64,000 nt of DNA, taken from NCBI RefSeq assembly GCF_964204645.1, contig NC_134026.1, positions 6,657,950-6,721,949 on the forward strand. Direction: 5' to 3'. The notes under the pieces are model-generated. The model saw nothing but the letters and a program-made list of their open reading frames with translations, searched no databases and was not told the origin of the DNA. Position numbers and translations under genes: made by a program. This DNA comes from Tubulanus polymorphus (Eukaryota; Animalia; Nemertea). Shown here piece by piece: positions 13,515 through 64,000 of the stretch. Numbering within the stretch: the first letter of the stretch is position 1; every line of letters starts with the position of its first letter.

Positions 13515-16500
13515 TGACCATAGTTAAGTAGCTATATATAAAGGTGGCACTAGCGATGAATTTTAATACATAAAGCAGTTTTTAGCCATCAAATTGTCAC
13601 TGCTGTACAAGCATAACATGAGAAATTGAGTGTTGCGTATTTTGAATAGTGGCATTGGACGAATCACCCATCACTTGTATAAAGTCAAGAATTACGTACG
13701 CACTGAATGGGATAATTCACTAATTTGAGTCTACATGTAAAATAATACATTGATCGAAGCCTAAAAAGCTATCATACACTGACAAATTGATCGCGCACTG
13801 ATAGAATTTTAAATACCGGTAACAGCGGAGGATGAAATGACTTTTTCATAAACTGATATGATCGTGAAAAATGGCAAAATACACTAGATATCCGCCCTGT
13901 GTTGTGACGATAATCTGTATTCAACATTTCTACTCCATAATTCTAGTAAGTCAGGAATGATAAACATAGCTGCAAACAGCGATAACAGGTTTCCAGCGTT
14001 AATGATTCTGCTATCTTTGAAACAATAAAACCCGTATTGAATTGATTTATCGTGCTGAAGATTCACGCATTGGCAGACTAACAGACTATAGCATCGCGGG
14101 CTGGTTTCAATTCCAGGAGTTTTTTTCTGTAGGCTAAAGCAAAAATAAATAATCTTAGATATGTAATTACTACAAGGCAAAATATGCTTTATCAAAGTCA
14201 CAATGTAGTAGGAAGGTCGCGGTAGCCTGTGAAAACTACAACTACATCTGGTTTAATATCCTCTGTTTTAAACTTTTTACGACTTAGTAAAATATTTCCT
14301 AATATAAGTATAATTAGTTCGCAGCTCATTACCCCTAGAAGGGTTCGGAAGTTTGAACGAACCCCCTTTTTTGAATTTTCAAACGTCAGCATATGACGCG
14401 CATTTGCTAAATTAGCAAAATAAAATCGATACATGCAAAGTAAACGGGAACCAGTCTACTTATCTCTAATTGTCCGTCGCGTAGCAGATGAGCTTATGTC
14501 GGTTGCGATCGAAAGCAACTGATCGCCTACCGTAGGCCGGAGTAGAACATGGGCAACTAGCCGGATACGCCTTGCGACAAGTCCGTAGGCGTCGGGTTGC
14601 CGTCGCAAGCCGGCTTATGTCGAACCGATAGAGCAGCAATTGGCGGCCTCTCGCAGGCCGCTAGTTGCCACCCCCCTCCCTCATCCCATCCCTCCCGCCC
14701 TCCCTCACCCTAACCCTCCCGCCCTCCTCACCCTAACCCTCCTCACCCCAACCCTCCCGCCCTCCCTCACCCCAACCCTCCCTCACCCCTTCCCTCCCCC
14801 CAACCCTACCTACCCTCCCCATCCCCGCGGTTAGATGAGTTGAAATGGAATGTTTTAGTTAGACGGATAGGAATCTAATGAAGATGAGAGAACATTAAAT
14901 CACTGTTCAATCACAGGATGAAGTAATGCAGTGATCTGTACCCTGTATCTGTACACAATGTTACAACATTATCTGTAACTGTTCAACCAGTATGAAAGAA
15001 GTACAGCAGTTTAATCTACAGAAATTCTAACTCTAAAGATACACATGATCTGGTCGTCACGAAGGAACATGATTGATAACAGTTACATTATTGACATCAG
15101 GAACCAGTTTCATATTGATTGGTACATTACATGAGTTATGTGTAGAAGAGTATATATATTTGGACAAATATTCGGGCAAATATATATACTCTTCTACTCA
15201 AGTTTCTCGTTTTGGCTGAGTTTATGGTGGGATTTCTCTCGTCATCATCTTACATGGATATTGTGTATCTTCTCGTCTCAACATTTGAGTTAGTCGCAAT
15301 TTAGAAAACCTTTAAACCCGCTCACTGAAATACAATCCCAACCATGAACTAATCCTAGCCAAATGTTCACCGATATTAAGAAATTTGAAATGATTGAATA
15401 AATGCAAAAGGTTTCTGTGATTTTAATTCAAAACATGGTTTATATAAAACACTATAAAACTGGTCCCTTAAAAATCAAGTCAACAACCGATAAATAAAGA
15501 TAAATGTAACTTATCTTGAATTTCCATCGATGGTGATTCCTGATGTCACGCGCTTAATCCGAACAAGTCTGATTGTGAAACACTGATTCCTTGTTGTCCT
15601 GTGCCGAATCCAAGAGTTATTCCTTGTTTCCCTGCGCTGAATCAAAATTCCCATCGAGAATTTTGAAGTTATACCTATAATAGACAAATCTCAGACTTTT
15701 CTTGGAAATAACTGCAGAAATATCAAATTTAAAATTCAAACTTACAAAATAAATTGTTCGCTCCAATCTGCAGTTCAATTATTACTTAATTAAGTGTTGG
15801 GCGTATTGCATTATGGAAGGAGAAAATTATGCCAGAAAATGGTTAATGAAATAAATAATAGAAACTGCAATTTGTTTGTTTGAGTGACCATCCACCAGGT
15901 TAATGAGTAGTTTATCACAGTGTGTTGATTGTATGCAGATTACTGAGGTGTTTGATGGTAGCTTTAAACTGCGTACTCTAGTAAACCATTGATACCTGCC
16001 AACATTGACCGATCAAAAACACATAATCTTCTGGACTTGATTTGAAGATCACCACAAATATCTGCAATAAATTGATATTAAACTCACCACTTCTGACTTG
16101 TGTTGGATTTGTAGAGCGCAATGTTCATTGCAAGTTCAGCTTCATTTTGGGACCTTGAATAGAAAAGTTGTACAATTTTGATGATTTGAACTTTGACCAG
16201 AATAGAAGCGATTGAAAATTCGCCTTCACTGATTAATGTAGCTTCTGATCAGGAATGAGATTATAAATTTACAGATAAACATTTAGAGATATTTACCGGT
16301 ACCATTTTTGTTTTGAGGATCTCAAGGGATGTGCATCTTTAACAAATGTGATGTGAATTCCCAATGTTTACTGTTCACAGATTCTGTCAACAGTTCCACT
16401 ACATTAGCTCCTAAAAACAAATGTCAGAAATTGTCAGTTAAGTTCTTATGAAATAGGAGCAGTTTCACACCAAATCAAAACTTACCATTTTCATCAATGT

Positions 16501-19500
16501 TTTTAAGCCAACGGTATTTGAGGATGACTGTTGGGTGCCAAAATCTCCATAGCTCTCTTCACTGAAAATATGTATGGAAAACATAAAGATCTTGATAATT
16601 CCAATTTTGATCAGGACATAAATGAGTTTTAACGATTGATAACTCACTTCAAACTAAGCAGTGATCTTTAAGTGATTGAATGCTGAAAACATAAACATAT
16701 AGAATAATTTATATAAAACAGTTAGAAACAACAAATAGAACTCCAAAAAAAACTAAAAAAATTCCTAACAGGATTTACCTGCTGCTGGTGGTGCTGCAGT
16801 GTGTATCTCATCCTGTAAATGAGAGTAAAACAGTAACAGAGACTGGTAATGACTTTGTCTACAGAATTCTTCACAGTTTTGTACTTAACTTTAAAATGAG
16901 CCTGTTTAAATGGTAAATGCATTTATTTCATTCTGAAAAGAAAAAGAAAGAAAGAATAATCAGTGACAATAGAGCAGAATGTAACATCTCAAAGTTATCA
17001 ACCACTCAGACAGAAACAGTACAGGATTTCTGTAGATTAAACTGCTTTACTAATTTCATACTGATTGAACAGTTACAGATACATGTAACATTGTGTACAG
17101 ATACAGAGTACAGGTCACTGCATTACTTCATCCTGTGATTGAACAGTGATTTAATGTTCTCTCATCTTCACTAGATTCCCATCCGTCTAACTAAAACATC
17201 AGAACATTTCAACTCACCTAACCTCCCGACCCGACCCTCCCAGGTCCCATCCCTCCCGCCCTCCCTAGCCCCTTCCCTCCCTCGCCCCATCCCTCCCGCC
17301 CTCCCTCGTTCGTCCCTTCCCTCCCGCCCTCCCTCACCCCTTCCCTCCCTCCCTCCCACACCCCATCCCTCAATGCCCTCCCACCTAGTCTTCCCCATTG
17401 CCCTCCCACCAAGCCCTCTCTCAATGCCCTCCCATCATGCCTCCTCAACTCTCTTGTCTCCTCCTCAGACACCGCTTATCTGTACAAAGACTACAAAAAG
17501 ATTTGCCATTTTCCACGATCATATCAATTTCATACATAAATTGAAATCCTCATCAACTGCATCATTGACAGCACTCACAGATATTTTTCTCAAATTTTGG
17601 AGGCATTCAAATGATCATATGCCTCCTTCATCCCCAAAACATCAAACCAAACCTGAGGAGCTTAATCAATAATGTTATAAGGAAGGGGCAGGTATACGGA
17701 GGGTTCACCTGAACTTAGGAAATAAGCCCGAACCAAACCTCCACACTCACAAAATGTTGTGAGAAGGAAAAACACAAACCAAGGACAAGAATGATGGCTG
17801 AGATCAAAATTATTCAATCAACTATATTTATGTTGCTTCACAAATCTAACGTTGTCACTCTTTATTATAAAACCGTTGTGGACCAATGATCGTTGATAGT
17901 TCGATTAGATATTTCTATACTCTCTACTAGAGGTATTATATAAGCAAGTTGTTTTATAATATCTTATTCATCAGATTTATTAATCATTGATTATGAACTG
18001 ACTGCTGATGTTTACAAAATATATACGTCACAAATAATCTGTTTGACTATGATTTGATTGTCTTTACAAGTTAACACTTGAACCCAGTGGAACGAATCAA
18101 ACTCAGCCATATTCCTTCATTTGCCATTTTTCGTTTTTACTCTCTTCTCCGACTTTTAGCGCTTGAGTCGAGGTAGGTAAACCCCCCTGCCCGCCCTCTA
18201 AGCGTGCAGGACACTAAACCTTCGAATTGCTCTCGAACCCCACTCTTTATATTTTATCTTTTTTTGAGTTGAGGTAGGTATAGACCCCTGCCCGCTCGCT
18301 AAGCGTGCAGGACACTAAACCTTCGAATTGCTCTCGGACCCCACTCTTTATATCAGCATTTCATGCTGTTTTATTTTTGTGGTTAGAAGCCCACGCGCTA
18401 TATTTTTTCTTTTCATATGGCTTTCCTTATTCGTTGTCTCATTAGAACTCTCATCAGTTCCGACTGGGATCAAGTTTTAATCTTTTAGAGACAAACAGCA
18501 AAAAAGTTGTGTTAGTTGCACCAACAGCAACAGCACCAGCAGCACCAGCAACAACACTGATACAGATGAATCTTTCATTAACTACGTCATTAGTTCCACA
18601 TAAATCATTTCATTCTCAAATAAAGAGTTGTGAAGGCAACAGAAATAACTTGTACACCAATTCATTCGTGGCCCTGTTTTGGTAGGGTAATAGTTTGGTC
18701 TATGGTTCTGATTTTGTGACCATACCGGGTAAATATAGCTCATGGCTTTGGTTTGGTGACATGAGAATAAATTTGGCTCATGGCCCTCATTAAAGTAGGT
18801 CAGTTTTATGGCCCAGGCTCCAGTTGCACAGTCGTGACTTAAGTCCAAAAGTGGTCTTGAATCTTAAGACTGGTCTTAAGTTGTTGGATTGGCTATAGAA
18901 CTAAGTTGGTCTTAGACTGGTCTTAAGTCTTAAGCCATGACTATGCAACCGACCCCTGGTTTGATAAGCGCTGACAAATTGATCGAGCACTGATAAAATT
19001 TTAAATACCGGTAACGGCGGAGGATGAAATTACTTTTTCATAAACTGATATGATCGTGAAAAATGGCAAATACACTAGATATCCGCCCTGCGTTGTGACG
19101 ATAATCTGTATACAACATTTCTACTCCATAATTCTAGTAAGTCAGGAATGATAAATATAGCTGCAAACAGCGATAACAGGTTTCCAGCGTTAATGATTCT
19201 GCTATCTTTGAAACAATAAAATCCGTATTGAATTGATTCATTGTGCTGAAGATTCACGCATTGGCAGACAAACAGACTATAGCGTCGCAGGCTGGTTTCA
19301 ATTCCAGGAGATTTTTTCTGTACACTAGAGCAGAAATAAATAATCTTCGATATGTAACGACTACAATGCATACGCTTTATCAAAGTCACAATGTAGTAGG
19401 AAGGTCGCGGTAGCCTGTGAAAACTACAACTACATCTGGTTTAATATCATCTGTTTTAAACTTTTTACGACTTAGTAAAATATTTCCTGATATAAGAATA

Positions 19501-22500
19501 ATTAGTTCGCAGCTCATTACCCCTAGGATGGTTCAGAAGTTCGAACGAACCCCCTTTTTTGAATTTTCAAACGTCAGCATATGATGCGCATTTGCTAAAT
19601 TAGCAAAATAAAATCGATACATGCAAAGTAAACGGGAACCAGTCTACTTATCTCTAATTGTCCGTCGCGTCGCAGATGAGCTTATGTCGGTTGCGATTGA
19701 AAGCAACTGACCGCCTACCGTAGGCCGGAGTAGAACATGGGCAACTAGCAGGATACGGCTTGCGACGAGTCGGTAGGCCTCGGGTTGCCGTCGCAAGCCG
19801 GCTTATGTCGAACCGATAGAGCAGCAATTGGTGGCCTCTCGTAGGCCTCTCAGATCCCTCCCTCCCTCACCCCTTGCCTCCCCCAAACCCTACCCACCCT
19901 CCCCAACCCCGCGGTTAGATGAGTTGAAATGTAATGTTTTAGTTAGACGGATGGGAATCTAATGAAGATGAGAGAACATTAAGTCACTGTTCAATCACAG
20001 GATGAAGTAATGCAGTGATCTGTACCCTGTATCTGTACACAATGTTACACGTATCTGTTACTGTTCAATCAGTATGAAAGAAGTACAGCAGTTTAATCTA
20101 CAGAAATTCTAACTCTAAAGATACACATGATCTGGTTGTCACGAAGGAACATGATTGATAACAGTTGCATTATTGATATCAGGAACCAGTTTCATATTTA
20201 TCAGTACATTACAAGAGTATGTGTAGAAGAGCATATATATTTGGACAAATATTCGCGCAAATATATATACTCTTCTACTCAAGTTTCTCGTTTTGGCTAA
20301 ATTTATTGTGGGATTTCTCTCGTCATCATCTTACATGGATATTGTGTATCTTATTGTCTCAACATTTGAGTCGATAAGAATTTAGAAAACCTTTAAACAA
20401 TCCCAACCATGAACTAATCCTAGCAAAATATTCACCGATATTAAGAAATTTGAAATGATTGAACAAATGCAACAGGTTTCTGTGATTTAAATTCAAAACA
20501 TGGTTTATCTATAAAACTGGTCCCTTAAAAATCAAGTCAACAACCGATAAATAAAGATAAATGTAACTTATCTTGAATTTCAATCTATAGTGATTCCTGA
20601 TGTCCCGAGTTGAATCCGAAAAAGTCTGATTGTGAAACACTGATTCCTTGCTGCCCTGCGCTGAATCGAAGAGTGATTCCTCATGTCTCGTGCTGAATCC
20701 AAAAATGTCTGATTGTGAAACACTGATTCCTTGTTGTCCTGTGCAGAATCCAAGAGTGATTCCTTGTTTTTTTTTTGCGCTGAATCAAAATTCCCATCGA
20801 ACTTGTTGAAGTGATGCCCTGGGAATCAGCCCTGTAAATAAACAACAGAGAAATTAGGGCTACACTAAGCGAAAGAAAAAGAATAGCTATCAGGACTTCT
20901 AAGAATGAAATTTGACTACGAAATTAAAAAAAGAACACGTTAAATCACCAAGAAAAAATGTAGACTTAAATCTCATGACAGCACCCTCATAAAGAAAGGA
21001 ACACTAAGAAGGCACCTTAAGTGCCTACCTCACGAGTACACTTAGTTTCAAAGCAAGAGGCTGTTTAGTCATAGGCCTTTACAGGCCTTCAATTGATGCT
21101 AAATTATAATATGATATGATACATAAATTTAAAATTTAAAATTCAAACTTACGAATAAAATTGTTTGCTCCAATCTGCAGTTCATTTATTCACAGGGTTT
21201 TTCTATCCACGGTTTAGGTTTTGCATCCAGACTTGAACATGAGAAATAAAACAAGAAAGTAATGAAGAAGAAACATGAACAATTTATATCTTGTTTCAAA
21301 AACTGATGAAGAGAATTCAAAAGATAAAATAGACTTACACTGTTTTCACTGTTCGATGCAATCAGTCGATGGAATCATTTTGGAACAAATTTATTACAAC
21401 ACACTGAGGTGAAGCATCGTGATTTCGAAATATCAGGATGGAATGATGATATTGATAGATATGCTTGACTGAGCAACACCATGTGCACGTTTTCGGAGTT
21501 CGTTCGTTGATGTGCCTCTGAAATAATGATTATCCACAATATCTGAGATGGAATATTTTTCGCCATTTGAACCAATATTACAAACACTTACCAATATTGA
21601 AATACAGATTTCAGGGGTCTGAAAGGAGGGTGGCATTGTTCGTAATTAGGTGAGGTTTTTGCTTTTCGTGAAATGGTGAAACACGCCATTTTGATATTGT
21701 ACTGCGTCATAGTGAACCTCAGTTTGGGATTCCCGCGGCGCCGCGCAAGACTGGTCGCCTGTGAAATTCTGCGCCGCCTCCTAACCGGCAACCAGTCTAA
21801 TGCTGGTCTTGGCAGCGGCTAGAGCCACACCGCTTCTCGTTAGTTTTTTTAGTGTGCGTGGTAGATTTTAAATAAAATGTTGTTTAATGTAAGCAGGCAA
21901 ATTGGAAAACTATTAATCAGAATAGTAATACCAGTCATTGTCCCGGGTTCCCTACAACCCGTAGGTTGTTGGGGGAACACGGCTAGAGGTACTACACCTA
22001 GGAAAAGTATTTCTATTATATATGTTACTTGCACGCCGCAGTAAAATTGATAACCGTCACTAACTCGCATGCCACAGTAGGAATTTTGAACAATTGTATT
22101 ATTTCACATATTTACCGCTATTGAAAGATATTGCGGCAGCACTTGACGGTCAATATCTGTTGGTTAAATAATTATTAAATTTTTTCTTTTCTACATTTTC
22201 TTGTAACTGTTTTACATGAATATTTCTGTATCCTCAATGTATCACTTTTTTATGTGGTTCGAGTCGTAAATAAAGTTCAAGTTCAAGTATTCGACACTAC
22301 CGTCTTCCTGGAGATTCCCTGTTTCGTGATACTTTCCAAATCACGTCAGGAAAGCTAGATTTCATTTGACAGTGACGCGGCGGTATGGACAGTTAATCAA
22401 CCACCATTATTAATGAACCGAACACCCCAATAATCGCAGTGGTAATTTCCATAATTTCTGTTGCTCTGAAATAACAAGATATCAAGTCGGACATGTGAAA

Positions 22501-23052
22501 ATACAGTACAAATTTTATTAGAAAACTTACAGGATCCTTTACACAATAATTTACTAGATTATTACAATGGGTTTCTTTACAGCATTTCGGAAATCTTTTA
22601 ATATCATTGACGCCAACTTTTAGACAGACGTGAAGCATTTTAAGTACAAGTTTAATAGTGTTAGAAAGGGGATTATAAACCAGATTCCAGTTCGACAGCT
22701 AATTGACGTCCAATCCAAATTAAATTCAAAACTGCAGAATTGGTCCAAATTCAAATGAAAAGTGTCAATAGTTTTTCACAAAACAATCGAACAGTTAAAA
22801 TGATAGCCATTTACACAAAATTAATTCATTAATTAATGACTAATTCAAATAAATATCATTAAATGAGTTATTTAAAACCTTTACTACTAATTAGCATTAA
22901 GTTTTATGTTATCTCTATCTTGACACAGCTTTATTTAAGATATATTGATAATATATGTATATAAATTCTGTAGTGATCACACAAGAATGGAAATAATAGC
23001 ATCATAAATATTTCTTTGAGCTGATGATTCATCCAACGTTTTCACTTTATCC

Positions 23053-23213
23053 TAAGGGACCATTCATTCATAGCGTACGTATCAAATTTGAACTATTTAT
23101 CGTCCCTCCCTGTACGCCTAATCGGCCATACATTTCATATACATTCAGCATTACAGTATGCTATCGCACTTACTCCCTCCCCTAATGCGTACACAATAAA
23201 TGAATGACCCCTA
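23053..23213. mobile_element. MITE (non-autonomous DNA transposon)
   Basis: Imperfect terminal inverted repeats AGGGACCATTCATT...AATGAATGACCCCT around a ~160-bp non-coding interior. Confidence 0.55.
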
Positions 23214-23788
23214 AAAGTCTAAACCGAGTAAATTACATTTATTATATTAGAAATACCGGTGTTTTTGAAGAATATTGCCAAAAAGTTGAATAAACTACAA
23301 GCTGAAGGAAACATTTCAGACACCGTATTTTCAGTTTAAGTGAGTAGCAGAGAATTTATATTTACGTTACAACACAGACTCGAAGAGTGTTTCATCAATG
23401 TTTTTCGTACAGCGCTACATTAAATAAATGTACATAACAGTTTTCATGCATAATAATAATAACCAATATTTATACATGTGATGATGAATTTGCTCTAATA
23501 TATTCCTGCAATTTTCCCTAGTCTATATTCTCTATCATATTAATGCGGTAATAATATAATTATGACGCGAAAAGTTCCCTACGTGAAATAAAACCAGATG
23601 AATTGTCATTTTAAAAATATCTACTCTCGAACTGCGGATTGAGAAATAAAATATACACATTTGAGTAAATAATAATTGCTCTACAATCATGCAGTGAATT
23701 ATCATACAGTAAATGTTTCATCGATCTGGATTCTTTTTTTTGAGGGAAGGGGACACCCCGGGTGTTTAGAATACATCGTAACTAAATG

Positions 23789-23953
23789 TACCGCTGAACC
23801 TCGTTAAAACAATTCGGTTTCAGACGATGATTTCCAGCATGTCCCACCCAGCTAACATATTCAGCTCAATCAAGATTTGGATAATACGAAACCCGTTTGA
23901 AGCGACAATTCCACTTATGCCTGCCAGATTCGTATTAACGAGGTTCCTCTGTA
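23789..23953. mobile_element. pogo/Tigger-like MITE
   Basis: TA-CCGCTGAACCTCGTTAA...TTAACGAGGTTCCTCTG-TA. Related TA-CAG..AACCTC elements at ~32256-32425 and ~33098-33243. Confidence 0.55.
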
Positions 23954-24242
23954 GATAACATACATAGTATATACACAACAATCATAGATTATCTATTAAG
24001 TCCTGTATATATTCAAACACTGATCATAAATCTTCCTCCGTTTACAGTCAATGATAAAACTAAGGTCTGGTTTTGTGAGAAAAATCACTTGTAAACGAAA
24101 CTTAACATTTCAATGGCTTTCGGTAACTTCGTGTTTTCAATGAAGATAACAATTCAAACTTTGACGTTTCAAACTTTTAATTTCTACCATGAAACCGCGT
24201 TAAATTCAGTGTATTAAATGCAAATAAAGGAATAAAGTCGAT

Positions 24243-63947
<39,705 letters not shown>

Positions 63948-64000
63948 CTACAACACATCCAAAATTGATTAAGTTACAAATCAAATTCACAATAAGCTAC

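Larger units (their letters stand above)
1..21190. repeat. Tandem macrosatellite/segmental array of ~5.4-5.7 kb units in A-B-A-B order (starts before the window)
   Basis: The marker GTGATTGAATGCTG recurs at 3, 5740, 11115 and 16672. The same short ORFs recur (e.g. 2993/13884/19075; 5533/16465; 5987/16917). Units 1 and 3 share the SINE and diagnostic variants; units 2 and 4 share a ~490-bp deletion. The last homologous block is at ~21125-21190. Confidence 0.95.

Noticed and set aside
14700-14800. Telomeric repeats or telomerase RNA template (CCCTAA variants)
   Set aside because: Only scattered CCCTAA hexamers inside a degenerate C-rich tract, with no tandem run.
41-19389. Short ORFs (60-120 aa) in the tandem array as real proteins
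   Set aside because: No recognisable domains, frameshifts and stops differ between units, and many derive from low-complexity tracts.
21938-21986. Helitron 3' terminus (GC-rich hairpin followed by CTAG)
   Set aside because: Only a single hairpin plus CTAG is seen. No matching 5' end, Rep/helicase ORF or second copy occurs in the window.

Overview
This is AT-rich animal (invertebrate-like) genomic DNA with two parts. (1) 1-~21190 is a tandem array of about four ~5.4-5.7 kb units alternating A-B-A-B (~11 kb higher-order repeat). Each unit carries a ~200-bp internal inverted repeat, C-rich tracts, a CpG-rich multi-hairpin block, MITEs and exon-like pieces with no long ORF; A units also carry a tRNA-derived SINE. 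(2) 24243->64000 is a minus-strand gene of about 40 exons encoding a Domino/p400/SRCAP (SWR1-family) chromatin-remodelling ATPase; its 5' end lies outside the window. It appears to encode both a long p400-like and a short SRCAP-like C-terminus by alternative splicing. Its introns hold an intact ~6.1-kb DIRS1-type tyrosine-recombinase retrotransposon (ITRs, ICR, gag, RT-RNaseH-MT, YR), palindromic Penelope-type hammerhead elements, and many MITEs and MITE-derived satellites. The most notable signal is three unrelated intronic tandem repeats (175, ~258 and ~180 bp units). Read on the gene's sense strand, each folds as a box H/ACA snoRNA, and two have plausible rRNA pseudouridylation guides (one is SNORA68/U68-like). 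These look like tandemly amplified, polycistronic intronic snoRNA arrays. All calls were made by eye; rRNA and snoRNA comparisons are from memory and need computational confirmation.
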